Of a stretch of DNA of 64,000 nt, positions 10,175 through 20,104 are shown piece after piece; within the stretch, counting starts at the first letter, position 1; each line of letters opens with the position of its first letter. Origin of the DNA: Armatimonadota bacterium (GTDB lineage Bacteria > Armatimonadota > Fimbriimonadia > Fimbriimonadales > GBS-DC); the NCBI GenBank assembly GCA_037444405.1, contig JBBIML010000010.1:1-64000 (forward strand), written 5' to 3'. The notes under the pieces were generated by a model. It was not told the DNA's origin, did not search any database, and saw only the letters and a list, made by a program, of their open reading frames with translations. The translations under genes were made by a program, and so were the position numbers.

Positions 10175-12013
10175 ATGATGATAGACAAACGGGTGGTTTT
10201 GGCAGGCATTTACCTGGCGCCGTCGCTTTTCCTGATGGCGCTGGGAGGTGGCGGATTCTATCTCCCTGGCTCGCAGCCCCGTGAAGAGGGGTACGCTTTC
10301 CAGTCCACCGAACTGTGCCGATATTGCCACGGCAACAGCCATTACGCCTATGACCCTGAAACAGGGGGTGTGAACCGTTACTTCACCAGCGAGCAGGAGC
10401 CGCACTTCCAGTGGATGGGCAGCATGATGGCGCAATCGGCGCGCGACCCCATCTTCCGCGCCGCGCTGACCGTTGCGGAGCAGGATGCCCCCAACATCGG
10501 GCAGTTCTGCTGGCGATGCCACTCGCCCACCGCATGGCTGGAGATGCGCTCCCAGCCCTATGACGGCTCCCGCTTCGATATGGACGACCTGAACGGCGTC
10601 CAGTGCGATGTGTGCCATCGCATGGTGGACCCGCTCAGCGAGGAGGGGCGTAGCCTCAGCGACCATCCCGTGCCAGGCTACGGCAACGGCATGATGGTCA
10701 TCTCCGACAGCATCGCCAAGCGCGGTCCCCGCAACGATTCAGTAGCGAACCACGACTGGCTCTACTCGCCCTTCCACACCAGCGGACACTTCTGTGGTCA
10801 GTGCCACGATGTGAGCAACCCGCGCTTCGCCCAAGACCCCATCAACCAGCCACCGCACGAATACATGCCTATCACCCGCATCTACAGCGAATGGCTGTTG
10901 AGCGACTACGCACGGCGCGGCGTCAAATGCCAGACCTGCCACATGCCCAAAACAATAGGCAAAGCGGCAGAAGAAGAGGCTGCGCCTGTGCGTCCTGACC
11001 TGCACCGCCACACCTTCACAGGCGGCAACTACTGGGTGCTCCAGATCCTGCCCATGTTCTGGGACTATGACGACTGGGCGCTGGACGCCCTCACCGCAGG
11101 ACGCTACCGCGCCATCCAGATGCTGCGGCGGGCGGCAAAGCTCAACATCCAGCAACTGCCCAAATACGGCAACCCCCTCGTCTTTCGGGTCTACAACCGC
11201 ACAGGACACAAGTTCCCCCCAGGCGACCCCGAAGCCAGACGCGCCTGGATCCATGTGGAGTTCTTGGATGCGCGCGGGAATGTGATTGGCGAATCGGGGC
11301 GCTATGACTTTGAGACCGCCACCTTGATTGAAGACCCGCAAGCCAAAATTTATCGGGCGAAGCTGGGTGAGAACGGCACGCCTACCTTCCACATGGTGCG
11401 TGCCAACACGGTGCTGTTCGATAATCGCATCCCACCGCGCGGGTTCCGCAACAGCGCGTTCGCCCAGCGGCGCGCCCAGCCCGTCGGCGTCTCCTATCGT
11501 GATGGACAGTTCTGGGACGACACCGCCTACAACCTGCCCCCAGGCACTGTCAAAGTGCGCGCAACGCTCTACTACCAGGCCATCACGCGCGAATATATCG
11601 AATTCCTGCGCGAGGCGAACACAACCGACGATTGGGGCGAGCGCCTCTATCAGGCGTGGTTAGCCACCGACAAGGCGCCGCCGATTGCCATCGCGACGGC
11701 GGTCTATCCGCCCGATCAGCAGCCACCCACAACGCCCACTAATCTGACAGGCTACGCGCTCTCGTCGACCCGCATTCGGCTGGCATGGAGCGCGTCCACC
11801 GATAATGAAAAGGTGGTCTACTACGAAATCTGGCGCCGCGCCCCTTATGAGACTCGCCCGCGCCTTCTCGCCACCACCTTCGGCGCCGAGACCACCTTCG
11901 ATGATGCAGGACTCCATCCCGACACGGAATATGAATACTCTGTGCGTGCCATCGATATGGGCGGCAACGCTTCGCCACCCAGCACGGTGATTCGGGTACG
12001 CACGCAACCCTAA
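10175..12013 (+). CDS. Exported multiheme (5 CxxCH) cytochrome c with C-terminal fibronectin type III domain
   Basis: CRYCH, CWRCH, CDVCH, CGQCH, CQTCH; hydrophobic N-terminus; Fn3 signature PPTTPTNL..LAWSAS..LHPDTEYEYSVRA. Confidence 0.9.
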   Translation: MMIDKRVVLAGIYLAPSLFLMALGGGGFYLPGSQPREEGYAFQSTELCRYCHGNSHYAYDPETGGVNRYFTSEQEPHFQWMGSMMAQSARDPIFRAALTVAEQDAPNIGQFCWRCHSPTAWLEMRSQPYDGSRFDMDDLNGVQCDVCHRMVDPLSEEGRSLSDHPVPGYGNGMMVISDSIAKRGPRNDSVANHDWLYSPFHTSGHFCGQCHDVSNPRFAQDPINQPPHEYMPITRIYSEWLLSDYARRGVKCQTCHMPKTIGKAAEEEAAPVRPDLHRHTFTGGNYWVLQILPMFWDYDDWALDALTAGRYRAIQMLRRAAKLNIQQLPKYGNPLVFRVYNRTGHKFPPGDPEARRAWIHVEFLDARGNVIGESGRYDFETATLIEDPQAKIYRAKLGENGTPTFHMVRANTVLFDNRIPPRGFRNSAFAQRRAQPVGVSYRDGQFWDDTAYNLPPGTVKVRATLYYQAITREYIEFLREANTTDDWGERLYQAWLATDKAPPIAIATAVYPPDQQPPTTPTNLTGYALSSTRIRLAWSASTDNEKVVYYEIWRRAPYETRPRLLATTFGAETTFDDAGLHPDTEYEYSVRAIDMGGNASPPSTVIRVRTQP

Positions 12014-12027
12014 GGAGGTGCAGGACA

Positions 12028-13758
12028 ATGGTCAAACTATTGAACGCGGTGCAGGCTTTGCAGGCGGACAACCCGCTGGGGTTGCCGCTGGCACGCTCCA
12101 TCCGCGACGCTGTGCCCGTGCGGGGCACCAGTGTGCGGGTGGGTATCTTCCATGTGATTACCGAACGCGATACAGTGGAGTTCGCTCGCAACCTGATGGC
12201 GCACCCGTCGATGCGATTCCTGGAGAAGGTGCGCTACAATGTGCTGCAAGCCAGCCTCCACTACCCGTGGGGACGCGAGCCAGGCACGCTGCCCCCGCCC
12301 GATAACGCCATCCTGATCATCTACGACTACACGAACAACATCGGCTATCGTGTAGTTGCGGATTTCCCGCGCGCACGGCGCGTGATCCTGCAGCCGCTCA
12401 GGGAACAGCCCTACCTCTTCTCGGAGGAGGAGTTCCGTGAGGCGGTGGAGATTCTGATGGCGGACCCCAAATATGGCGAGCCGCTGCGTCGTGGCATCGC
12501 CTTCTGCTCGCCCGGCATGCCGCCCGTGCTGACCGAGGTCGCGCCCCCCACCACGCTGGAGCGCTACGACGGCGTGCCCATCGGCGGCAAGCCGCCCGAG
12601 CATCGCACCGTCGCTGTGCTGATGCACTTCCGACCCGGTAGCGGACGCGAGCGCGAGATCGGCACCTTCTTCATCGACATGGTCGACCAGCGCGTGGCGG
12701 GCTACGGCACAGGCAGCAGCGACTTCTTCCCCGCTGCGTGCAACGGACCCGCTTCAGGCGGCACCTGTTCCGGCCCTGGTGGTAGCGCGTGGCAGGCGCT
12801 TGCCTGGCCCACCAGCAACCCCATCTGGCAGATGCTGGTGCGCCGACCCTCCGCCACCACCTCCGATCAAACCTACGGCGCGGGCGTGGAGCTGCGCGAT
12901 GTGTACTATCGCGGGCATCTGGTCATCCGCCGCGCGGGTATCCCCGTGCTGAATGTGTTCTATAACGGCAACGCCTGCGGTCCCTACCGCGACTGGCTCT
13001 ACACCGAGACCTGCTTCAAATGCACGGGCACCGACTTGGGTAACGGTCTGCGCTTCGCCAATCCGGGCACCCGCGCCATCACCATCTGCGACGACGCTAA
13101 CGATTCGGGCAACTTCCGCGGCGTGGGCGTCTTTGAAGACCCCGACACCGGCGAGCTGGTGCTGATCAGCGAGTGCAGTGCGGGCTGGTACCGCTACATT
13201 ACGGGCTGGCGATTCCATCCCGACGGCATCATTCGTCCGCGCTTCCTGTACGGCTATGTTGACAGCTCCTGCGTCTGCTATGGGCGCCTGCACAACGCCT
13301 ACTGGCGCATCGACTTCGACATCGATGGAGCAGGCAACCACATCGTGGAGGAAGCCGATGCGCCGTTGCGCGAGCCGCATCCGCGCTGGAACCTCATTCG
13401 GCTGGAGGCGAAGCGCTTCCGCCAGCCTGGTCGCAACCGCCGCTGGCGCGTGACCAACACCCTCACCCGCCGCAGCGTGGAGATTATCCCCGGCCCCAAA
13501 GACGGCTACTATGAACTGCCTACTACCGGCGAGGGCGATGTGTGGGTCGTGCGCTATAAGGGCAACAAGTCCGGCGGCGCTGACCAGGAACTGATCGGGA
13601 ACAGCGGCTCATTCGCCAACATCAGCCAGTATGCAAACGGCGAGTCGGTGGTCAATCAGGACATCGTGTTCTGGTATGGGGTTCACCTGCGCAAGCGTGG
13701 CGCCGATGTGTTCGAGTGCCCGCCGCTGGGTCCCGACATCGTGCTGCGCAACTGGTGA
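12028..13758 (+). CDS. Copper amine oxidase-like protein with divergent cofactor site
   Basis: Resembles the CuAO catalytic domain: GVELRDVYY, WRFHPDGII, HNAYWRIDFDIDG, RRWRVTN, DIVFWY; NYD replaced by WYR and HxH by RLH; strong SD AAGGAGGT right after the cytochrome stop. Confidence 0.65.
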   Translation: MVKLLNAVQALQADNPLGLPLARSIRDAVPVRGTSVRVGIFHVITERDTVEFARNLMAHPSMRFLEKVRYNVLQASLHYPWGREPGTLPPPDNAILIIYDYTNNIGYRVVADFPRARRVILQPLREQPYLFSEEEFREAVEILMADPKYGEPLRRGIAFCSPGMPPVLTEVAPPTTLERYDGVPIGGKPPEHRTVAVLMHFRPGSGREREIGTFFIDMVDQRVAGYGTGSSDFFPAACNGPASGGTCSGPGGSAWQALAWPTSNPIWQMLVRRPSATTSDQTYGAGVELRDVYYRGHLVIRRAGIPVLNVFYNGNACGPYRDWLYTETCFKCTGTDLGNGLRFANPGTRAITICDDANDSGNFRGVGVFEDPDTGELVLISECSAGWYRYITGWRFHPDGIIRPRFLYGYVDSSCVCYGRLHNAYWRIDFDIDGAGNHIVEEADAPLREPHPRWNLIRLEAKRFRQPGRNRRWRVTNTLTRRSVEIIPGPKDGYYELPTTGEGDVWVVRYKGNKSGGADQELIGNSGSFANISQYANGESVVNQDIVFWYGVHLRKRGADVFECPPLGPDIVLRNW

Positions 13759-13766
13759 CGAGATAA

Positions 13767-13815
13767 TACCCTCTCCCCTCTTTGTAAGGAGGGGAGAGGG
13801 TATGGGTGAGGGGGC
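13767..13815. repeat. REP-like palindrome between convergent genes
   Basis: TACCCTCTCCCCTC-loop-GAGGGGAGAGGGTA followed by GGGTGAGGG. Confidence 0.8.
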
Positions 13816-13816
13816 A

Positions 13817-14698
13817 TCAGCGTGCCCGCCACACATAGGGAATAAACACGGTCTGGGGCTTGCCGCGCCCTGCACTGTGGTCGCGCAACAGGTTGGCTAA
13901 CCGCTCACCTATCTGCTGGGGCTGCTCCCGAACGAGCAAATCGCATCGCCCGTTGAAGTACCACTCGTCAGCTTCAGCACGCCAGCTCAGGACGCCGAGA
14001 TGGTCCGGGCGAGGCTGATCGGTGAGTGCCTGCATGATCTGCGCAGCGACTTCCGCGCCCATCAGGAAGATGCCCTGCACGGATGGGTCGCGGCGCGCCC
14101 GCTGAAAGGCGTCCCACGCCCGACGGCTGTCGCTCAGCGAGAGCAGCCGCGCCCGCAACCGCCGATTGAACAGCAGCCCGTGCCGAAAGCCCTCCCAGAA
14201 CTCGCTGGCGGCACGCGGCACCGGATGCCCCGCGATGAGCACCACAACCCCTTGCCGCAGGCGCCGGGCATACCACGCGCCCGCTTTGCGCCCCGCATCG
14301 TAGTAATAAGTGCCTACAAATCCCGCACGCACCGAATCGGGCACATCCGTCGCGACGCACAACAGCGGGACTCCATTTCCCATCACCTGCCGGATGGTTT
14401 CCACTGCCCACTGATCGGGCGGACTGCAGAGCGCGACCGCCCGCCAATCACCTTCGCGCATCTGGCGAGCCACCGCGTCGCGCGCCCCTGCATCGAAGTG
14501 GCGCACCGTCAGCTCCATACCAGGCTGATTGAGCCGCGCACGCAGCCCCGCCTCCATCGCCTGCCAGAAGTCGTTCGGAGCCGATTGAATATAGACGGCG
14601 AGCGGATAGCGGAACTGTTCGGGGCTGGGCTGCCGCCCTGTACTGCAAGCGCTGATTAGCAGACCGACAACCAGAAGCCGCCACGCGCCGCGTGCCAT
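13817..14698 (-). CDS. Periplasmic sugar-binding-like lipoprotein (RbsB/PBP1 fold)
   Basis: Lipobox LISAC, NDFWQAMEAG, DVPDSVRAGFVGTYYYDAGRKAG. Confidence 0.7.
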   Translation of the reverse strand: MARGAWRLLVVGLLISACSTGRQPSPEQFRYPLAVYIQSAPNDFWQAMEAGLRARLNQPGMELTVRHFDAGARDAVARQMREGDWRAVALCSPPDQWAVETIRQVMGNGVPLLCVATDVPDSVRAGFVGTYYYDAGRKAGAWYARRLRQGVVVLIAGHPVPRAASEFWEGFRHGLLFNRRLRARLLSLSDSRRAWDAFQRARRDPSVQGIFLMGAEVAAQIMQALTDQPRPDHLGVLSWRAEADEWYFNGRCDLLVREQPQQIGERLANLLRDHSAGRGKPQTVFIPYVWRAR

Positions 14699-14700
14699 CG

Positions 14701-15165
14701 CTAATCCTGCAGCAGCACCCGCAGTTCGGGATAGAACTGGTTGTATTCCTCGATGTTGCGGGTCGGCTGGTTCAGCAGCCAGTCGCGCAGGTAGCCTGCC
14801 AGCAGGGAGCCAGAGGTGAGCGTGAAGATACCATATTGCCGATAGGCGTCGGCACGCACGGGGTCGTTCACCTTCGCCGCCACGCGCTGCACGCCGAACA
14901 GCTCGCGCACCATCTGCGCCACCATCAGGTTGGTGTTATCGCCCTGCGTGCAGGCGATGAAAGCGTCGGCTTTGTCCACCTCGGCGCGGCGCAGGGTGTC
15001 TTCGTCCAGCCCGTCGCCAATCACAATCTGGCAGGTGTGATGCCGTCCCAGCCGCAGCAGCGCGTCCTGCGAGCGCTCAATGATGGTCACCTGATGCCCC
15101 GCCTGGCTCATCAGCAGCGCGAGGATCGAACCTGTGCGTCCACAGCCCATAATCACGATTCGCAT
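14701..15165 (-). CDS. trkA: TrkA/KtrA-family RCK_N (NAD-binding) protein
   Basis: MRIVIMGCGRTG Rossmann motif, GDG, ADAFIACTQGDNTN. Confidence 0.85.
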   Translation of the reverse strand: MRIVIMGCGRTGSILALLMSQAGHQVTIIERSQDALLRLGRHHTCQIVIGDGLDEDTLRRAEVDKADAFIACTQGDNTNLMVAQMVRELFGVQRVAAKVNDPVRADAYRQYGIFTLTSGSLLAGYLRDWLLNQPTRNIEEYNQFYPELRVLLQD

Positions 15166-15167
15166 GG

Positions 15168-15653
15168 CTATTTCTCCCCCTCGGGCGTTCCGTAGAGCCA
15201 CACCTGGCAGGGTGCGCGGCGCAGCACGGTCTCCACCGTGTCGTCCAGCGTTTGCAGTCCCATTCGGCGTCGGTAGCGGGCTGCCATCAGCACCATGTCG
15301 GCGTTCAGTTCCTTCACCGTATCGACGATGGTGTGCCCGCAGTGATAAGCGGGTCTGATCTTCGCTTCGAAGTGGCGCAGCCCCACCTGCTGGGCGATTT
15401 CGCGGGCTGCCTGCGCCATCCACTCGCCTTCGGCAAGCCGCGCCTGCGGGCACTCCTGCAGGCTGAAGGAGCGGGGCACCTCCACCAGGCAGAGCGCGGT
15501 CAGCCTCGCGCCCAGCGCGTCCGCCAGCTCGCAGGCAAACTGCAGAACCTGCTGGTCCTCGGCGGTGTTGCTGAAGGGCACGAGCAGGTGGCTTGGTGTC
15601 GCTTCGCTCTGCTCGCTCGACTCAGGCTTACTGCGCCGAAAAAGTCGGAACAC
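15168..15653 (-). CDS. Universal stress protein (UspA family)
   Basis: HLLVPF, GHTIVDTVKELNADMVLM, VETVLRRAPCQVW; GTG start after AGGAGG. Confidence 0.8.
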   Translation of the reverse strand: MFRLFRRSKPESSEQSEATPSHLLVPFSNTAEDQQVLQFACELADALGARLTALCLVEVPRSFSLQECPQARLAEGEWMAQAAREIAQQVGLRHFEAKIRPAYHCGHTIVDTVKELNADMVLMAARYRRRMGLQTLDDTVETVLRRAPCQVWLYGTPEGEK

Positions 15654-15704
15654 CGTTGTCGCCTCCTGTGGACTGCGGAAGCGGAGCTTCCGCACTCCAT
15701 AAAA

Positions 15705-17147
15705 TTATACACGCTCCAGTTCCTCGCGCAACAGCTCCTGCACGCGCTGGGGGTTCGCCCGCCCCTGCGTCGCCTTCATCACCTGCCCGACCAGAAAGCC
15801 CATCACGCCCGTCTTGCCGCCTCTGTATTTTTGCACGGCATCGGGGTTCTCGTCGATTACCCGCTGCACCGCGGCGCGCAGCACCTGTTCGTCCGAGATT
15901 TGCGTTAAGCCGCGCTCCCTCACGATGTCGGAGGGCATCCGCCCCGTCTGGTACACCTCATCGAACAGCTCTTTGGCGATGCGCCCGCTGATAGTGCCGT
16001 TTTTGATGAGGCTCAACAGGTCAGCGAGGTGGGCAGGGGTCAGCGGCGTATCGCTGATGCGCTTGTTGTCTTCGTTCAGCCGACCCGCCAGCTCGACGGT
16101 GATCCAGTTGCAGGCGGCTTTAGGTTCACAGCCGTGTGCCACACAGCCCTCAAAAAAGCTCGCCGTCTCATAATCGGCGGTCAACACGCTCGCATCGTAA
16201 GCCGAGAGCTGATACTCGCGCTGATACCGCTCCCATTTGGCTAATGGGAGTTCGGGAATGGTCGCCCGCAACTCGTTCAGCCACTCATCGGTGATTTGAA
16301 TCGGCACGATGTCAGGTTCGGGAAAGTAGCGGTAGTCCTGCTCGTACTCTTTGGTGCGCATGGGGAAGCTGTAGCCGCTCTCTTCGTTCCAGCCGCGCGT
16401 CTCCTGCACCACTGGCTCGCCCCGCTCCAGCAGGGCAATCTGGCGATTGATTTCGAATTCGATTCCGCGCACCACCGAGCGGAACGAGTTGAGGTTTTTC
16501 AGCTCCGTTTTGACGCCGAGCCGCTCAGCGCCTTCGGGCGCGACGCTGATGTTCGGCTCACAGCGCAGGGAGCCTTCCTCCATCTTGCCGTCGCACACGC
16601 CCAGATAGGTCAGGATCGCCCGCAACTGCAGCAGGTACTCCTTCGCCTCTTCAGGCGAATGGAGGTCGGGTGGGAAGTCCGTTACAATCTCCATCAGGGG
16701 CACGCCCGCGCGATTGTAGTCCACCTCGCTCTCGCCTGGCAGGTAGTGGAGCAGCTTGCCTGTATCCTCCTCTAAATGCACGCGCTTGATGCGCACACGC
16801 TTGCGCTCGCCATTAACAACGATTTCCAGATAGCCCTGCGTGCCTATCGGATGCACCTCGCCGTATTGCGAAATCTGGTAGCCTTTGGGCAGGTCGGGAT
16901 AGAAATAGTTTTTGCGGTAGAACAGCGTGACGGGCGCGATTCGGCAGTTGAGCGCGAGCGCGGTGCGAATCACATGCTCGACCGCCTTTTTGTTCGGCAC
17001 AGGCAGCGTGCCAGGCAACCCCAGGCAGATGGGGCACACATTGGTGTTCGGCGCGTCGCCAAAGCGCGTGGGGCATGCGCAGAACATTTTGCTCTCGGTG
17101 AGCAGCTGCGCATGCACCTCCATGCCGATGCTCGGAATATATCGCAC
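15705..17147 (-). CDS. gatB: Asp/Glu-tRNA amidotransferase subunit B
   Basis: [57 protein letters not shown] start after AGGAGG. Confidence 0.98.
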   Translation of the reverse strand: MRYIPSIGMEVHAQLLTESKMFCACPTRFGDAPNTNVCPICLGLPGTLPVPNKKAVEHVIRTALALNCRIAPVTLFYRKNYFYPDLPKGYQISQYGEVHPIGTQGYLEIVVNGERKRVRIKRVHLEEDTGKLLHYLPGESEVDYNRAGVPLMEIVTDFPPDLHSPEEAKEYLLQLRAILTYLGVCDGKMEEGSLRCEPNISVAPEGAERLGVKTELKNLNSFRSVVRGIEFEINRQIALLERGEPVVQETRGWNEESGYSFPMRTKEYEQDYRYFPEPDIVPIQITDEWLNELRATIPELPLAKWERYQREYQLSAYDASVLTADYETASFFEGCVAHGCEPKAACNWITVELAGRLNEDNKRISDTPLTPAHLADLLSLIKNGTISGRIAKELFDEVYQTGRMPSDIVRERGLTQISDEQVLRAAVQRVIDENPDAVQKYRGGKTGVMGFLVGQVMKATQGRANPQRVQELLREELERV

Positions 17148-17201
17148 GGCGAACCCTCCTGTTAGCAAGTATACCCGCTGGAGCGGGTATGATAAGGATC
17201 G

Positions 17202-17582
17202 ATGCGCTGGGGCTGGCTTGTGTGGGACGCGATAGCGATTCTGGCGTTCGTGCTGATTGGAATGCTTCAGCATCGCACGCCGTTCACTCTACCTGACATC
17301 GGGCGCACGCTGGTGCCGTTTTATATCGGCTGGTTCGGCGCCGGGTTGCTGGTGGGGCTGTATCGGGCGGTCCCGCCGCGCTGGGCGTTCGTGGCGGTGT
17401 GGGTGCTGGGCGTGTTGATTGGCGTGGTGCTGCGCGCGTGGGTCTTCACGGGGCGCGGCGCCACCCTGCTGGCAATCAGCCCGACCTTTGTGCTCTTCTC
17501 GCTGATTTTTCTGGGGCTGTTCACGGGCATTCCGCGCCTGATTATGGGGCTAACCCGTCGCCGCGCGACGAGCCGGGGCTGA
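17202..17582 (+). CDS. Small membrane protein (DUF3054-like)
   Basis: Four hydrophobic segments, [11 protein letters not shown] and T..PF..GW pattern. Confidence 0.65.
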   Translation: MRWGWLVWDAIAILAFVLIGMLQHRTPFTLPDIGRTLVPFYIGWFGAGLLVGLYRAVPPRWAFVAVWVLGVLIGVVLRAWVFTGRGATLLAISPTFVLFSLIFLGLFTGIPRLIMGLTRRRATSRG

Positions 17583-17600
17583 CTTCGGGCAGGGATAAGC

Positions 17601-18617
17601 ATGCGACGATGGCTGAAATGGCTGCTGATAGCGGCAGGTCTGTTGCTACTGGGCGCGGGTGGCGTCGCATGGTGGGTGTATCGTCAGACGCGCCCGCTCA
17701 GCCCGCGCTTCCAGCCGCAGCTGGTGCGCCTGCGCGAGCCGCTCACGCCTGAAGCCATCGCCCAGCGCCTCGCCGAGCGCAAGCTCATCCGCAACCCGAC
17801 CCTGCTCAAACTCTATCTGCACTGGAACGGCAAACAGCGCATCGCGCCCGGCGACTATGAGTTCAGCCCTGACCAGACGCTCTTTGAAATCGCCCGGATT
17901 CTGATTGAGGAACGGTTCACCCGCAACTGGGTCACCATCCCCGAAGGCTGGAACCGCTTCCGAATCGCGCAACGCCTGCACGAGCGCGGCATCGCCGACG
18001 CGAAGGAGTTCCTCAAGCTCTGCAGTCAGCCCTGGCGCTTTCGGGATGTGGGGCTGCCGCTGCCCGAGCAGGGCACGCTGGAAGGCTATCTGTTCCCCAG
18101 CACCTATCGGCTGCCACCTGGCAGCGGCGCCGAGCAGGCGATCCGCGCGATGTTGCGGGCGACCCTGCAACAGGTCTACCTGCCCTATCGCCAGCAGATG
18201 GAGCAGCGCCAGCAGAGCCTGCACGAGGTGTTGACCGTCGCCTCGATGATTGAAAAGGAAGCGATGCACGACACTGACCGCCCCCTGATCGCTGCCGTCA
18301 TCTACAATCGGCTCAAAAAGGGGCTGCCGTTGCAGATCGACGCGACGGTGCTGTACGGCATGGGGCAGTGGAAGTCGCGCGTGCTGTATCGCGATTTGCA
18401 ACACCCATCGCCGTATAACACCTATCGGCGCAGAGGTCTGCCCCCGGGACCGATTGCCAGCCCTGGTCTGGCGAGCGTTCGCGCCGCGCTGAACCCCGCG
18501 CCGGTGGATTATCTCTACTATGTGGCGCAGGCGGATGGCTACCACCGCTTCACCCGCACCTACAGCGAGCATCTGCAGGCAATCCGCGAGATTCGGGGAC
18601 GCGCGAATGTACCGTAA
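17601..18617 (+). CDS. mltG: Endolytic transglycosylase MltG
   Basis: VTIPEG, LEGYLFPSTY, ASMIEKE, LQIDATV, SPYNTY..GLPPGPIASPG. Confidence 0.95.
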   Translation: MRRWLKWLLIAAGLLLLGAGGVAWWVYRQTRPLSPRFQPQLVRLREPLTPEAIAQRLAERKLIRNPTLLKLYLHWNGKQRIAPGDYEFSPDQTLFEIARILIEERFTRNWVTIPEGWNRFRIAQRLHERGIADAKEFLKLCSQPWRFRDVGLPLPEQGTLEGYLFPSTYRLPPGSGAEQAIRAMLRATLQQVYLPYRQQMEQRQQSLHEVLTVASMIEKEAMHDTDRPLIAAVIYNRLKKGLPLQIDATVLYGMGQWKSRVLYRDLQHPSPYNTYRRRGLPPGPIASPGLASVRAALNPAPVDYLYYVAQADGYHRFTRTYSEHLQAIREIRGRANVP

Positions 18618-18625
18618 GCGCATGG

Positions 18626-18651
18626 AGGGGCGCACAGCCATGCGCCCCTAC
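18626..18651. repeat. GTAG-type REP hairpin
   Basis: AGGGGCGCA-CAGCCA-TGCGCCCCTAC (reverse complement begins GTAGGGGCG); looser relatives near 7239, 23366 and 37474. Confidence 0.6.
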
Positions 18652-18671
18652 TGCATATCGACGCGCCCGCT

Positions 18672-18679
18672 GCCGATAA
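18672..18679 (+). promoter_or_regulatory. Putative sigma-28 (FliA)-type -10 element upstream of flgA
   Basis: Exact GCCGATAA immediately before the flagellar operon; -35 TAAA not clear. Confidence 0.4.
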
Positions 18680-18686
18680 TGGAGCC

Positions 18687-19463
18687 GTGATGCGAGCAGC
18701 GCTGTGCCTGATAATAACCATCGGATGGGTCAGCGCACTGCTCACGGATGAGGCGACACTCCAGATTCGGATCGAGCCCGAGGTGGTCGTTCGCGCTGAG
18801 CGGTTTCGGCTGGGCGAGATTGCCACGCTCACGGGTGGCGCGCCCGCACTGCGCGAGCGACTGCAGACGATCGAGCTGGGCGCGTCGCCCCTGCCCGCTC
18901 AGAAACGGCTCTTCACCCGCCAGCAGCTGATCACCCGCCTGCGCCAGCACGGGATTGACCCCAAAAGCGTGCAGATTCAGATGCCCGACACCGTGCGAAT
19001 CGTGCGGCAGGCGCAATCGGTTTCAGGCGATGCGCTGGCGCGATTCGCGCAGGAACAACTGCAGCGTGTGCTGGGCGATTCGGCAAAAGAGTGGCGGCTC
19101 GAATCGGAACAGATACCGAACACGCTCGCTCTGCCTGAGGGCGAGCTGGCGTTTCAGCTGATGGGCGAGCCGCGCATCGCAGGCGACACGGCATCACTGA
19201 CAGTCGCGGTGTGCGTCAATAATCAGCCGCGGGCACAGCACACGCTCCGATTCCGTGCGCCCCAGCGATCGCGCCAGCTGCTGGTGCGCTCCGGCGAGGC
19301 GGTGCAGGTGCAGGTGCGCGTCGAGGGCGTGCTGCTGGAGGTGGCGGGCACTGCGCGCGCCTCCGGCGCCGAAGAGGAGATTATCCCCGTGTATATCCCG
19401 ACCACTCAGAAGACCGTTCGCGCCCGTGTGATCGAGCGCGGGCGCGTGGAGGTGATCTTATGA
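18687..19463 (+). CDS. flgA: Flagellar P-ring assembly chaperone FlgA
   Basis: Signal peptide, LGEIA motif, C-terminal LVRSGEAV..GTARASG..I; first gene before flgH/flgI. Confidence 0.75.
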   Translation: MMRAALCLIITIGWVSALLTDEATLQIRIEPEVVVRAERFRLGEIATLTGGAPALRERLQTIELGASPLPAQKRLFTRQQLITRLRQHGIDPKSVQIQMPDTVRIVRQAQSVSGDALARFAQEQLQRVLGDSAKEWRLESEQIPNTLALPEGELAFQLMGEPRIAGDTASLTVAVCVNNQPRAQHTLRFRAPQRSRQLLVRSGEAVQVQVRVEGVLLEVAGTARASGAEEEIIPVYIPTTQKTVRARVIERGRVEVIL

Positions 19464-20047
19464 TAGCGCTTCTGTTAACCGCTGGGCTTTGCTGTGCGGC
19501 AGGTATGGCGGACGGACTCCCTGCCCCCACTGGCTCCCTCTGGAGCGAGCAGAGCGGCTCGCTCTTTGAAGACTTCAAGGCGCGGCAGGTGGGCGACCTG
19601 CTGACCATCGTGGTGACCGAAAGCACCACCGCCACCACCAGCGCGGACACCGCCGTCAAGAAAAGCGAATCGGCGTCCACGCAGGCGGGTGTGGGACCAC
19701 TGCTCAAACTGCTCTGGCCTGAGCTGAGCGCGGGCGGCAAAACCGATTTGAGCAGCGCGGGCAGCACCGCGCGCAGCGGACGCATCACCGCCCGAATCAC
19801 CGTCGTGGTGGTGGAGACCCTGCCGAACGGCGTGCTGCGCGTGGAAGGGCGACGCACGCTCAAAATCAACGACGAAACGCAGACGCTCGTCTTCACAGGG
19901 CTGGTGCGCGTGCGTGACATCCGCGCCGACAACACCATCCCGTCGGCGCTGGTCGCTAACGCCCAGATTCAGTTCGAGGGCAAAGGCACGGTCGGCTCCC
20001 GCCAGCGCGAAGGGCTGCTCACGAAACTGTTTAAGCTGATATTCTAA
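19460..20047 (+). CDS. flgH: Flagellar L-ring protein FlgH
   Basis: SLFEDFKARQVGDLLTIVVTE, LPNGVLRVEG, GLVRVRDI..NTIPS. Confidence 0.93.
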   Translation: MIALLLTAGLCCAAGMADGLPAPTGSLWSEQSGSLFEDFKARQVGDLLTIVVTESTTATTSADTAVKKSESASTQAGVGPLLKLLWPELSAGGKTDLSSAGSTARSGRITARITVVVVETLPNGVLRVEGRRTLKINDETQTLVFTGLVRVRDIRADNTIPSALVANAQIQFEGKGTVGSRQREGLLTKLFKLIF

Positions 20048-20104
20048 CCCTTTGGAGTGCTGAAGCCGTGCTTCAGCAGTCCAGATGGCTCGGTGGTGAG
20101 TGCG

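Noticed and set aside
12028..13758. Canonical copper amine oxidase (tynA/maoA) call
   Set aside because: NYD/E and HxH motifs are not intact, so no gene symbol was assigned
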